A stretch of 64,000 nucleotides of DNA from Octopus vulgaris (GCA_951406725.2 OX597825.1:67270001-67334000), one strand, 5' to 3'; shown: positions 46,617 through 61,943, counted from the first letter of the stretch. The notes: generated from the letters alone by a model not told the origin. Numbers and translations: made by a program.

Positions 46617-48111
46617 CAGAGTTCGGTGAATAATTTGACATCACATTTTAACATTTATATTTACTAAAATTACATAAAAATCTTTAAATACTTAAGATTA
46701 AACTTATTCAATAAAATCGCCATTGGCTTCAACCATGGCCCCCAAACGACTTCGGAATATCCTGCAAGTCTTCTGGACGGTCTCCTTGTTTAAGTTGATT
46801 AATGCTGCCATAATTTCTTGCCTTCAGTTCATCTTTGGTGTTACAAGGAGTTTTGTTGGTCTCTCGCTCAACTGCACCCCACACATAATAATCAAGCGGT
46901 TTCAGTTTGGGGAGTCAGGTTACAGATGTTAAGGATGATGCTGTCGCAGAAAATTGTCTGATAGCCATGATTGGGTTTTCCTGCTTGTGTGGTATGGTGC
47001 AGAGTCCAGTTGCCAGACATAGGGTGTTCCAGCAGCCACCCTCTTGACCTAGAGCAGTACTAACTCCAGGCACTTGAGTTTGAGGCCGTGTGGAAGGATG
47101 GGTGGAGGTATAACGTGGCCATTACTAATGATCACTCCAAATACCTATTTCTTTACTACCCACAAGGGGCTAAACACAGAGGAGACAAACGAGGACAAAC
47201 AGACGGATTAAGACGATTATATCGACCCCAGTACGTAACTGGTACTTATTTAATCGACCCCGAAAGGATGAAAGGCGAAGTCGACCTCGGCGGAATTTGA
47301 ACTCAGAACGTAGCGACAGACGAAATACCGCTAAGCATTTCGCCCGGCGTGCTAACTTTTCCGCCAGCTCGCCGCCTTTTGGATCACTCCAAATACCATG
47401 ATGGTGACTTTTTGATTTCTATCATACTCGGTACATGTTTTGGAGACACGGCAAGCCAACGGTTGTTCTGTTTGTTCACCATCTGATCCAGGCAGAAAGT
47501 GCTCCCGTCTGAGAAAAACCAAAGCATGTTCGGTTGGAGGGGATGCTTGAGTTTTTTTTAGAAGCTTCGTAGCGCGGTCCTCCCACTTGTTGCTGATCAC
47601 TTGGGATAAAAATTGGCCCTTTCTCATCTTGTATGAGGAATACCGAATGTCTTCATGCACTACCTGTTTGATAACAAACTTAGACACTCCCATGTTATTG
47701 GCGTTGGACCTGATTGACTTGGAGGGATCGTTGTCAATCATGGCTTGGATCTTACCAACAAATACAGCAGTTCTTTTCTTAACAGAATGGTCAGACTGAG
47801 TTTTCCGAGCTGTTGTACCTTCGTAATCACCTTCAGACTCATCCAACTCTTTTCAAACCCTCTGCACTGTCCTCAGGCTGACACCCAAACACTTTGAAAT
47901 GTTCGTATTGGAGTTTCCGGCGCGAATGCCAAGCAGCATAGCATATCGCTTCCAAATTTTTGGCGGACTGATCGCCGCATGGTGCTGCTTTTCTCACAGA
48001 CGGTGCCCAACTGACCCTAGTATACTGTTTAGTCGACAAAATCAAAGACAAACAATGCGCCTGCACAAAATTAGAAATATAAAATGGCGATAATTTACCC
48101 ATCGCACCTTG
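46617..48111 (-). mobile_element. Decayed Tc1/mariner transposon, maT (DD37D)-like
   Basis: Transposase fragments VVHEDIRYSSYKMRKGQFLS, WQLDSAPYH, SPN*NRLDYYVWGAVE, ANGDFIE*; degenerate ~30-bp TIRs at both ends. Confidence 0.85.
47146..47378 (-). mobile_element. SINE A (tail A) inserted in the transposase with 16-bp TSD GATCACTCCAAATACC
   Basis: TSD at 47130-47145 and 47382-47397. Confidence 0.9.
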
Positions 48112-48120
48112 TATATATAT

Positions 48121-48199
48121 TCATTTTCAGAGAACGTCCCTTTCATCAGGACACGACTAGGTCATGTGTCCTCATGAAGGAGACGTTCTCTGAAAATGA
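48121..48199. repeat. Palindrome of two head-to-head hammerhead-like half motifs (Penelope inverted pseudo-LTR junction)
   Basis: Each arm reads GTGTC-CT(G/C)ATGA-A-(purine stem)-CGT-TCTCT-GAAA. Confidence 0.6.
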
Positions 48200-48635
48200 G
48201 TTTTAAGATTCAATTTTTACTCGAACGATTGAATCTCTGAAATGCCGTAGGAATATTTTCTTTTCATATATAACCTAAAATTTCATTTTTTACGCTTATT
48301 ATTTTCTCCTTATTATATATATTTTGGTTTTTGTTAGTGCTCTTATCTACAATCCTAAATTTGATTATATTATTACTATGTTTGTATATTCAAATATTCA
48401 TATGTCCATATATATTTTTAATATTCATATATTTATGTATTTTAATATGTATTTTTGATATATCAATGTATGTGTTTTGGACAGTTTTTATCTTAATTAG
48501 ATCCGTATACATATGTGTTTATTGTGGTGTAGCTGATTAAAACTTTCTCCATTTCATTTATCATAATTGTCTAGCGTCTCAGGCGCGACTTGAGCACTTC
48601 TATGCAGTCTGAATCTTTCATAAGAAAACTAGAAC

Positions 48636-48676
<41 letters not shown>

Positions 48677-48729
48677 AGTGTACTTATATGTGTATTATAC
48701 AAATGCACAGTCACACACAGACATAAATA

Positions 48730-49010
48730 CTCTATTGTGGCAAAATGCAAAGCAACTCTCAACTATTTGCTCAGGTTGTGGGGAGAACTATATTGGGAAA
48801 ACCGGAATGTCATTAAGAGAACTCATGACTTCTTAAATACCAAATGAAAATAGAGGAATACCCACGAATAGGGCACAGTGGACATATAGACAAGTGTAAA
48901 TAAAGAAAAAAACAAATTTTACGATCTTCGTCTTATAACAATTTGCTGCTTAAACATCGAAACAGAAACGTCTCAACAAAGAAACAACTTTCTTAACTAG
49001 AACCGACTTT
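48730..49010 (+). pseudogene. Penelope-like GIY-YIG endonuclease remnant
   Basis: ICSGCGENYIGKTGMSLRELM (CxxC...YIGxT..L..R). Confidence 0.7.
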
Positions 49011-49149
49011 TTAAAAGCCGATAACTACTAAAGGTACTAGCTGCTACTACTACCAAAAGGACGTATGCTATTTTTTGCTACTAATGCCTCTGTTGCTATG
49101 GCTAGTACCGGGACTCTCTTCCTAATGGGGGATAGCGACAAACCCCTTT

Positions 49150-50202
<1,053 letters not shown>

Positions 50203-50450
50203 AGACCCTGCAGTCATCAGATGAAACCAATTACCAGAATAGTCAGTATTGAGTAAGAAAAACAATATGAACACTCTGAGTTGATATGATGAAAGGTTAA
50301 TTCAGTTCAATTCATTTTCCTTTCTTTCACTAAAGTAGTACTTCGGCTTTAAAGTGATTGAAACCGATGGCTTATTTTGATTAAAGTGTAAATAGTTTCT
50401 TTCTTTTGCCCACGATAAAGTTGCGAAAGCTCTTTTCGTTTTCTATGTAC

Positions 50451-50545
<95 letters not shown>

Positions 50546-50617
50546 GTACATATATATATGTATATATATATATATATACGCACATATATATATATATGTA
50601 TATATATAAATATATAC

Positions 50618-50658
<41 letters not shown>

Positions 50659-50660
50659 CG

Positions 50661-50791
<131 letters not shown>

Positions 50792-50797
50792 ATATAT

Positions 50798-50831
<34 letters not shown>

Positions 50832-51210
50832 AATATATATACATGTATATATATATACAGAGAGAGAGAGATGCATATGTATATTTACTTAGACATATAT
50901 TAAGCGGCTTGTTGGCACAAAATTGTTTAACTAAGTTTGGATTGTGAGGAAGTACCACTTCAGAAATCCTGTAATGGTTATATACCGAAAATAAATATCA
51001 GAGCTAAATGTATTTTCTACACAGGAATCTAGCTTTTCATTGTTCTTTTCCTTTGTATAACATATACTTCTATATTACACGTGCGCGCACGCTCATACAT
51101 ACATACACACTTACTCACACACGCGCACATACATTCATACACATACTCATGCGCGCAAATAGTTATATAAATATATATATAAATATATCTATATATCTAT
51201 ACATATATAT

Positions 51211-51243
<33 letters not shown>

Positions 51244-51264
51244 TTATATATTTATTTATTTATA

Positions 51265-51544
51265 TGCTCATGGGCCCGGTTTCCCGGTTTCTGTGGCGTA
51301 TGTGTTCCCCCCAGCTGGACGGGACGCCAGTCTATCACAGCGTTACTCAAGAAATAGGAAGAAAGAGTGAGAGAAAGTTGGGACGAAAGAGTACAACAGG
51401 GGTCGTCACCACCCCCTGCTGTAGCTTCGTGGAGCTCTAGGTGCTTTCGCTCAATAAACACACGCAACGCTCGGGCTGGGAATTGAAACAGCGATCCTCC
51501 GAACGTGAGTCCGCTGCCCTAACCACTGGGCCATTGCGCCTCCA
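51265..51544 (-). mobile_element. tRNA SINE family D
   Basis: Head GTGGAGGCGCAATGGCCCAGTGGTTAGGGCAGCGGACTC on minus strand. Confidence 0.85.
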
Positions 51545-51546
51545 CA

Positions 51547-51616
<70 letters not shown>

Positions 51617-52809
51617 CGTATATGTGTATATATATTTATGTGTGTGTGTGCGTCTATATATGTATATAAATATGTTTGCGTGTATATATATATAAGGTAT
51701 GTACGAGAGTATATCGAAAAATACAGAAATCACGTTAAAACTCACCACGGAAGAAGAATCACATATCTGTCTTTTGCCCCGCAACCACTTTCCTCGTTAC
51801 ACGAAAGATCTGTACAAATACCGCTATGATGTAAAAAGAAACACTTTTCTGGAAAAAACAAACGATATTTGTTTTCCTTCGTTAGATTATCCAGTAAAAC
51901 GTTAAGTGTCCATTGGGTTGTTTTATTTGCATATATCTTAATTAATACAATTTCTGACGCTTTAGGCTTCTATATGACTCATAATTGGTACCATATCGCG
52001 CGATTTGGCTCAATATTTCTGACATACGCCATATTGTGTAAATTGTACGTCGTTTTGTATTTCAATGATATCGTATATAGATACAAAAACATGCCTAACT
52101 ATATACATATATATCACACACATATACATTTCCAATATCTGTGCACACAAATGCTTATGTACAAATATAGAAGTGCACTTTTGCTTACAACATCCTACAC
52201 GTGCTCATCCATAGAAGTATATAATTCAAGTTGCATAAGATACTTGCGTATAATTATCCGCAATTACTTTCAAGCACTCGCGCTCGCGATGTTAGAAACA
52301 GTTATACATACACAAAAGCATGTATGTGTGTGTCAGTGTGCGTGTGTCTGTGTGTGTGTCGGTGTGCGTGCCTCTGTGTGTGTTTGTGTGTGTGTGTGTT
52401 TGTCAGTGCCTATGTGTGTACATATGCGTGAGTGTGCGCGCGTGCGCGTTTGTATGTGTGTGTGAAAGCGCATTGCTTAGTAGTTAAGGCGTTGCTCTTG
52501 CGACTGCAAAATCCTGGTTTCCGTTCCCAGACCGGTGGCACCTTGCGTTTTTCGGCCAAACAATTCATTTCTCGTTGCTCCAGCCCATGTAAATAGATGA
52601 AGATGGAACTGGCCAACGCGGTGGCACCATTCGAGAGCTACGTGAAAGTACGCACTTTGTGACCAGCAATTCTTATCAAACTGGATCGTCACGCGGATAC
52701 AGTTGTATGTATGGCTGCATGTGCGCGTGTATGTGTGTGTGTGTATGAGAGTGTATGTATGTGTATATATGTGTGTTGCGTATGAGTGTGTGTGAGTGCA
52801 TGTACGTAT

Positions 52810-53223
52810 ACTCTTTACTCTCTTTTACTCTTTTATTTGTTTCAGTCATTTGACTGCGGCCATGCTGGAGCACCGCCTTTAGTCGAGCAAATCGACCCCA
52901 GGACTTATTCTTCGTAAGCCCAGTACTTATTCTATCAGTCTCTTTTGCTGAACCGCTAGGTGACGGGAACGTAAATACACCAGCATCGGTTGTCAAGCAA
53001 TGCTAGGGGAACAAACACAGACACACAAACACACACACGCATATATATATACATATATGCGACTGGCTTCTTTCAGTTTCCGTCTACCAAATCCACTCAC
53101 AAGGCATTGGTCGGCCCGAGGCCATAGCAGAAGACACTTGCCCAAGATGCCACGCAGTGCGACTGAACCCGAAACCATGTGGTTGGTAAGCAAGCTACTG
53201 ACCACACAGCCACTCCTGCGCCT
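52810..53223 (-). mobile_element. Full-length SINE family C
   Basis: Reverse complement of 45418-45853, TA at both junctions. Confidence 0.9.
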
Positions 53224-53668
53224 ATGTGTATAGGCGTATGAGTATAAACTGCGTATAAAGCAGTACGTTAAACGACAGGCAGGAGAGGGCTTGACGCTGA
53301 AGTACGAGAAAGAGTATAATGGAAACTAAAATGCAAAGACTGTTTTCAGCTGAGAATTATTAGATATAAAAGAAGAGATGGCAGCTTGAAGAATTGCAAA
53401 GGCTTGGAAAGGATGTGCAAATCAAAATTGCATTGTGTCACTGTAATTTTGGCGAGATGACACCATTTTGAATGACGTAATATGTCACATGGAAGTGGAA
53501 AACGTGCAAATGTGTTCTTGTTTTCTCTTCTTCTTTTGAATTGCAATTGGCAAGCGGAAGACAGATAGGAATGTTCGGAACAGATTAAAGAATGACTGAT
53601 GGCAAATTCGTATTGCTAAATGCAAAGCACGTACACACACATATATAAATATATATATACAAATACAA

Positions 53669-53885
<217 letters not shown>

Positions 53886-54174
53886 CTTACATATATATAT
53901 ATATATGCATATATATATACATACTTACATACATACATAATAATTGTATGTATATACACACGCGTTCACACACTCACTCACATATACACAGATACTCATG
54001 TGTGTGTGAGAGTGACTGTGAGATATGTATGTACCAAACATATAAGCATCCAACTCTGTCTCATATTAATTCTAGAAAATATTGAAATCCAATTTCTTTA
54101 TTGACTGCCATCGAAAAGGCTTTGCTTGCGAACCTACGTTGTCACTTTGAAATTGGATTTTTTTTCCATATACA

Positions 54175-54424
54175 TTGATTTCAAATTTTGGCCAGCAAGT
54201 TCAGCGCAGGTCGTAAGTCGATTACATTGACCCTCACTGCTTGACCAGTACTTATTTGATTCTAGTATGAAGGATGAAATGCAAATTAGATCACGGCAGA
54301 AATCAGAACTCAGAACATAAAGACAGAGAAATGCCGCTATTTTTCCCGCGTGCTCACGATTCTGCCAGTCCGCCATCTAACGTACTTAAGGCACATTATT
54401 AATACGCATTCTCATTACAAACAT

Positions 54425-54503
<79 letters not shown>

Positions 54504-55560
54504 TACACACACACATAATTTTTAGGCACAAGGCCAGCAATTTTTAGGGATGGGTTTTAATGAGTGACATTGATCCTGGTAGTCAAGTGGTACAATTTTC
54601 ATGGAACCCGGTAACATGAATACTGAAATTGACCTTAGCGGTATTTGAACTAAAGATGTAATTAACCGGAAAAAATCCCGCAATTCATTTTTCATGGCTA
54701 TTCTAAGGATTTCTTAGAAGTATCCATTGCTTAGAAGAGAAATGATAATTATAATTCTTTCATCTATATGTACTGGGCCGAAAATCTTCGGAAAGGAGGT
54801 TAGTCGATTATATCACCGAATCCAATGCTCAGCTAGTACTTATTTTATAGACTCCGAGTGGATGAAAGATTAAGTCGACTTCGACGGAATTTGAACTCGG
54901 AATGGTTTTGTCCGGCATGCTAACGATTCTGCCAACTCACTGCCTGATATTACGGAAGAGGGCTACTCGATTACACCGAACCCAGTGTTCTTCAGCCATT
55001 TCCCACGAAAGAATGAAAGGCAGAATCGACCTCGGAAAAAATTGAACTCAGAACGTAAAGACAGACGAAGCACTTTGTCCGGCATGCTAACGATTCTGCC
55101 AGCTTTCCGTCTTGCAGGAGAAATAATAATATTTTGTACTCTAGGCACAAGACTTGAAATTTAGGGATTGGGGTATAATTAATTACATAAACCCAGGTTA
55201 GTACCTGGTACTTAATTTATTGACCCCGAAAGGATGAAAGGCAAAGCTGACCTTGGCGGAATTTGAACTCAGAATGTAAGGAGGAGCAAAATACTGCTAA
55301 CCGATTTGCCCAGCGTGCTAACGATTCTTATTTCTTTATTGCCCACAAGTGGCTAAACATAGAGGGGACAAACAAAGACAGACAAAGGATTAAGTCGATT
55401 ACATCGACCCCAGTGCATAACTGGTACTTAATTTATCGACCCCGAAAGGATGAAAGGCAAAGTCGACCTCGGCAGAATTTGAACTCAGAACATAAAGACA
55501 GATGAAATACTGCTAAGCATTTCGTCCGGCGTGCTAACGATTCTGCTAGCTCGCCGACTT
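54175..55560 (-). mobile_element. Cluster of about six SINE A/B copies, including a tail-A/tail-B dimer at 55130-55560
   Basis: Repeated GAATTTGAACTCAGAA and GCTAACGATTCTGCCAG. Confidence 0.8.
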
Positions 55561-55934
55561 CATAGGGGAAATAATGATAAAAATAAAACGTAACAGTTTT
55601 GTTTAGTAGTGATTGACAACAAGGAAATTGAATTTTCCAGAACCTTTAATATAGAAATTAACTGTTTTGAACACCACACAAAAGAATATGTCTGTTTGCT
55701 TGAGAAGCTTCTGAAATATCGACTCGAAAAAGACGAATATTAAAACACGCTCTTTTTAAATAATTGAGGGAGGAAATAGCAAAAATATAATTTAATACTT
55801 CGAAAGTTTATTGTACATGGTGAAGGAAGGAGGGGTAAACATTTATAGATTTTGCTTTCAATCATCAACATTTTCGATTTCATAGTTGCCTCACTTCTCT
55901 TCCGTGATAAATATTATCATTAACGCTAATGATA

Positions 55935-56007
<73 letters not shown>

Positions 56008-56154
56008 ATATAATATGTGATAATTATTCAGTAGCCATGATAAAACTTTCAGATGTCATGGCTACCGAATAATTGTCATATATTTTCAGATAAATTCGTC
56101 TATTTACTTAATCTCGAGGTCCCTTTCATTCTTTTGTTGCCGTGCCATGTCTAT

Positions 56155-56192
<38 letters not shown>

Positions 56193-56964
56193 TAGAATAA
56201 TATAAAATGGTGGGCGCAATTTAATTGTCACTAAGTGTGACTAAGGGAGCCAAATCACCTACACTGCTAGAAATAAGAGTTAAAAATCCCTTAATACTGC
56301 ACGAAGAGCGCACAATATGCATACATTTACAAGAGTGGTAACCGCCCCATTACCTTCGAACTATGTATATTATGAAAAGGTGAGCAGTAATGGTAAGTAA
56401 GTACTTCAGGTTGGCTGTATCGCATCGATGCTTGCGGTATTCTGATCTTGGAGAATCGTGTTGGGTCACAAAAAAACTACAGATAGTGCATGATCTTTAT
56501 CATCAGAAGTACAATGCCTGGTCATACAGATGCTTAAACACCTCATCACACCAGAAGCGCACATATATGCACTGCTTCACATGACCGACAACGCGCGCAC
56601 GCATACACAGTTCCTTCCGTTGAGTTACCTTTGGGGAAAATAGTTTCGGTGTACGAACTTTTTTCGAGTGACGAACGGCCTTCAGGAACGAATTAAATTC
56701 GTAAACCGAAGTTCAACTGTACGAGTGTACGTGCGTGTGTATATATTTGTGCGTGTATGTGTGCGTGTGCGTGTGTGTGTGAGTGTGTGTGTGTGCGTTC
56801 GTGTGTGTGTGCTTTCGTGTGTGTATGTGTGTATGTGAGAGAGAGAGAGAGAGAGACAGAGGGGGAATGAGTGTGTATGTGTGTGTATATACATTCTTAT
56901 ATACACATATATACAGGTACATATTTATGTGTGTGTGTGTGAATATATGTGTGTATACTTTCTG

Positions 56965-57070
<106 letters not shown>

Positions 57071-57319
57071 CGTGTAATCTTTATCCAAACAGCCAGTTTT
57101 ACTCGTTAAATATACTTATGATTTTCATAATAATTATGTTGTTATAATTTGATGATGCCATAATTAGCTGTCGTTGTCGAAGTTATAATTTCATAATTTC
57201 ATAAATATATGTTGATATTAACAGGGTACTTAATGATTAAGAATAATTGTTATTAACTACAACACACAGAAGCAATAAGTAAAATATTCCTTTTCATCAA
57301 TTAATTTTTTTTAATATTA

Positions 57320-58210
57320 GCACAAGGCCGGACATTTTAAGAGATAGTTAGTCGATTATATCGACCTCAATACACGACTTGTACTTATTTTACTCACTCT
57401 GAAAGGATGAAAAGCAAAATTAACCCTTTAAGATTACAATTAATCATTTAAAATTTTGTCACAAGGTCAGCAATTTCGGGGGAGGGGGTAAGACGATTGG
57501 ATCGACCCCAGTGAACAGCTGGTACTTCTTTTATCGACCCCGGAACGGTAAAAGGCAAAGTGGGCCTCCGTAGATTTAGAACTCAGAACGTAGAGACGGA
57601 CGAAATGCTGCTAAGCATTTAACCCGGGGTGCTAACGACACTGTCAGTCCGACCCCTAACTTCTCGAATTAATAATATCAATGATGGGCTCTCCCGTCCA
57701 AAACGACATATGAATGTTCAGCTATTTTTGCCGAACGACATACACAAATGATTTATTTATAGAGATCAAATGTGTGTGTTGTACATTAGCCCACACCCGC
57801 CATCAAATCGACGTTGCCTGAACAGGTGCACGTTGTTTCAAGCGTCAGGTGTCGAAGAATTCGCAGAGCAGCATGTGAAGAAGTGTTTTGCTCAAGAACA
57901 CAATGCACCACTCGGTCTAGGAGTTGAAACCACGATCTAGCGATCGTCAATGCGAAGCTCAAACTACTGGGCCATGCGTCTTCACTGTAATAATAATGAA
58001 GATTTCAAATTTTGGCACAAGGTCAGCCATTTCAGTAAGGGTATAAGCCAATTGCATCGACCCCAGTACTTGACTGGTACTTAATTTATCAACCCTGCAT
58101 AAATGAAAGGCAAAGTTAACTTCGGTGGAATTTGAACTCAGTACTTGACGACGGATGAAATGCCGCTAAAAATTTCGCCCGGCATGCTAACGAATCGGCC
58201 AGCTCACCGA
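57320..58210 (-). mobile_element. SINE cluster (A/B copies and a head-E copy at ~57680-57985)
   Basis: Core and head matches. Confidence 0.7.
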
Positions 58211-58212
58211 CT

Positions 58213-58273
<61 letters not shown>

Positions 58274-58280
58274 TAATAAT

Positions 58281-58800
58281 GTGATGATCAGAGCTTTGGG
58301 CTCAATCCCATTGAAACTTCGAGACTTTTTAAAGCAACTGGAAACCACATGCAAGATTGATGTCTCGCAAAGAGCAACATTATTGGGCACAGCGCACGCC
58401 TTAAGGAATGTATTATCGGTCTGAGGCCCTTGTTGTGACTTGACAGATGACTAAATACTTCAGTGCATTTTTACCTACACTGTGCTACGAAGGAATAGTA
58501 CTAATAATAACTGAGAGCGCTAAGCTGTGGCAACTACGAAAGTCGAACATAGAGGTTATCCTTATTGTTATCGGAGCATTGGGTTCAATGCCACTCAATG
58601 TGAAAAAGGATCTGAAAACCTCAGAAATACCCTACAATATAAATGTATTACAAAAGTCGGCATTACTTGGAACTGCACGCATATTGCGTAAAGTACTGTC
58701 TGTCTGATGTTCTTGTTGTGACTTGACGAATAGTACAAACCCTCGGTAGACACACTATCTTCAATCAACAACCTCCCGATATTGTATACTGTATGACATC

Positions 58801-58802
<2 letters not shown>
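58281..58802 (+). pseudogene. Two tandem Dong/R4-clade LINE 3' fragments in (TAA)n
   Basis: RALGSIP...SQRATLLGTAHALRNVLSV* and VIGALGSMP...LQKSALLGTARILRKVLSV*, each followed by CTTGTTGTGACTTGAC 3' UTR. Confidence 0.85.
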
Positions 58803-58837
<35 letters not shown>

Positions 58838-58840
<3 letters not shown>

Positions 58841-59393
58841 GCCCTGATGCAATACCAGGCAGTGGCTCACGTGGCTTCTGATCTTAACTGATTGGAAGTG
58901 TTATCATGTACATTGTTTTGTCTTGGTACAAGAGATGAGCCACAGCAAATATTCTGCTCAATACCACAGATTTGCTTGTCTGTTGTTTGACATTAACCAT
59001 TTGAGCATGTCCCTTAGTCGCGGACGATATGTGCATCTCTGATCACGAGCAGAAGTAGTGGGGGAGCATCATAGCCATGTTTTGAGAGAGATTCTTTGAG
59101 GTCAGGATAATTCACCTCTGGAAACTTGGTTGTTTCGTTCAACATCCTTAAACAACCCTTATTCAGGGACCTTTTGAGCGGGATGGGTTACTCAACCAGA
59201 AGAAAATTCTAATTGGGCCCCACATGCAAGTTCACGTGCTGTTTATCTTGATATGAGATCACCATGTTGCGCACATGTTGTTGTGATGCATATGCCTAGT
59301 GTACCCTTATCAGACGGGTAGTCATTATGGATATACCGGGCTTCCTATATTTTACCCCAGTGTCATTTGACTGCATGCACTGCTCTCTCACTC

Positions 59394-59394
<1 letters not shown>
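58838..59394 (+). mobile_element. Non-coding ~560-bp retroposon flanked by (AAT)n
   Basis: 3' fragments with the same end at ~26300-26447 and 35594-35712; reverse fragment at ~61436-61795. Confidence 0.75.
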
Positions 59395-59445
<51 letters not shown>

Positions 59446-59651
59446 TAAATAGAAAACTATTTCAATATAACCACCATAGGACTACAGAAATACTTCAGAA
59501 GCAAGGAAATCTAATACAAATAGCCACAAGACATGAACAAAACAAAAAAATGTTTTCAATCTTTTAGGAAACTGACAAATACAAAAAGCCACCGTGCCTA
59601 ACAACTATGAAGAAAAAGAAATAACAACAAAAGCTGTAAAACAACTGAAAT

Positions 59652-59796
59652 CCAGTTCTATATTAAAGAGATGAGGAATTATGTACGTTATTTATATTCG
59701 ACGAATATTTGCCTTCATCTTGTTTGTTGTTAACACAACATTTCGGCTGATATGTCCTCCAGCCTTCTTCGAGTGTCTTGAGGAATTTTCGATGTT

Positions 59797-59895
<99 letters not shown>

Positions 59896-60140
59896 GATAT
59901 TATTATTCAGGTCACTGCCTGGGATCGAACTTGGAATCTTGGGGTTAGTAGCCCGCGCTCTTAACCACTACCTTAAGAACGAGAACCCAGGTTCGAAATT
60001 TCCCCAAGACACCTAATGAAGTTTGAAGGGTATATCAGACGAAACGTTGTGTTATCAACAAACAAGAAGAGGATAAATATTCGTCAAATGTAAATAATGG
60101 AAATAATGGAAATAATTCGTCATTTCTTAAATATAGAGCA
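59652..60140. mobile_element. Inverted pair of tRNA-headed hammerhead elements
   Basis: Minus unit 59652-59970 (hammerhead 59732-59777), plus unit ~59968-60140 (hammerhead 60008-60053). Confidence 0.75.
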
Positions 60141-60149
60141 GTAACAATC

Positions 60150-60455
60150 TATCAAGCTACAACTACCCCAAAAACATAATATCCACTGCAGTTATGAAGA
60201 AGAGAGGGGATGAAACCAATAGAAAAATGTCCACAGTCTGTCTACCCTATGTGAAAGGCCTCTCCGAAAAGATACAAAAGATATGCGGCCCATATGACAT
60301 CAGCACAGTAATCAAGTGTAATACAACACTTCGCAAATATCTCTTTCGGTAGAAGAGAATATGACTAAGAACTGTGTGTATTTCATCCCCTGCAGCTGTG
60401 GTAGGATATACAAAGGCGAAACAATCTGTCCCCTCAAAAAATAAGGATAGAAGAA
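60150..60455 (+). pseudogene. Penelope-like linker plus GIY-YIG endonuclease remnant
   Basis: LPYVKGLSEKIQKICGPYDISTV...TLRKYL and KNCVYFIPCSCGRIYKGET. Confidence 0.8.
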
Positions 60456-61021
60456 CAGGTCTATTTTGCCTTTCATCCATTTGGAGTCCATAAAACGAAT
60501 GCTAGTTGGGTACTGGGGTTGATGAAATCGACTTACCCTCTCACTTGAAATTCCTAGCCTTGTGTCAAAATGTAAAACCAGTAAATTCACTGAATACTGT
60601 CTACTTATTTATTCCCTATTATTCAGACCTTTAGTCTTAACATGCAAGCAACGAACCACACAGAAAATATATGTATATATTCGAGAGAAGAGGAATAGAT
60701 TCTAAGACGATTGCTTTATTTTCTTCTAATGAAATCAAGTAGAAATTTAATTAATTAAAATCATACTTAATGGAATTAACAACAATATTCAACACGCAAT
60801 GAGAAATGGTGTATTGTATTAATGAAAATCGACAAGCAAACAGAGACACAAATTATATAACAAACCTGCATGTACGATGCAATATGTATCTTTTACTTGA
60901 ATCATAAGTATTACTTATGATTCAGTCAAAAGGATAGGCAAACCTACATACGAGAGAAATAACCACCTGCATAACCAGCAACACCATCATAATTATCATC
61001 ATCATCATCATAATTACTATC

Positions 61022-61069
<48 letters not shown>

Positions 61070-61799
61070 GTCATCATCATCATCATCGTCATCATCATTA
61101 TCATCATCATCAACATTAACAACATCAACTTTGTCTTTCACTCTTTCGGGGCCAATAAAATAAATACCAGGGGTCGACGTAATCAACTTACGCCCTTCCC
61201 CCGGAATTGATGGCATCGTACTAAAATCTGAAACATTTTTGTTGTTGTTGCTGTTGCCACTGCTCTACTGCTGCTGCTGTTGCTGTTGTTGCTGTTGCAG
61301 TTGATCTGGCGGAATCGTTAGCACGCCGGGCAAAATGCTTCACAGTATTTTATCCGTCTTCATTTTCTGGGTTCAAAGTCATCCGAAGTTGACTTGCGGG
61401 ATAGATAATATCGTTGAGGCCCAGTTAGAATTTTCTTCAGGTTCAGTAACCCATCCCACTCAAAAGGTTCCTGATTAAGGTTTGTTTAGGGATGTTGAAC
61501 GAAACACCCATGTTTCCAGATGTGAATTATTCAAACCCCAAAGAATTCCTCTCAACACATGACTATGATCCCCACCCCACTACTTCAGACTCGTGATCAC
61601 AAATGCACATATCGTCCGCGACTAAGGGACATGCCCAACTGGCTATGGCCAAGCAATTGACAAGCAAATCTGAGCAGAACAGAATATTTGTTTGTTCTCT
61701 CTGTGTTTAGCTCCTAGTGGGTATTAAAGAAATTGGTATTGAGCAAAATATTTGCTGTAGCTCATCTTTTATACCAAGGCAAAACGTTAAATCAGTTAA

Positions 61800-61823
61800 G
61801 ATTATTATTATTATTATTATTAA

Positions 61824-61868
<45 letters not shown>

Positions 61869-61909
61869 CATCATTATTATTATTATCATCATCATTATTA
61901 TTATTATTA

Positions 61910-61943
<34 letters not shown>

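Noticed and set aside
51869-52465. 198-aa hydrophobic ORF
   Set aside because: Non-ATG start, AT-rich composition, runs into a (TG)n tract, no recognisable domain.
56605-56722. Tigger/pogo-like MITE
   Set aside because: Only one plausible terminus (…TTCAACTGTA); the matching TIR is too weak to call.
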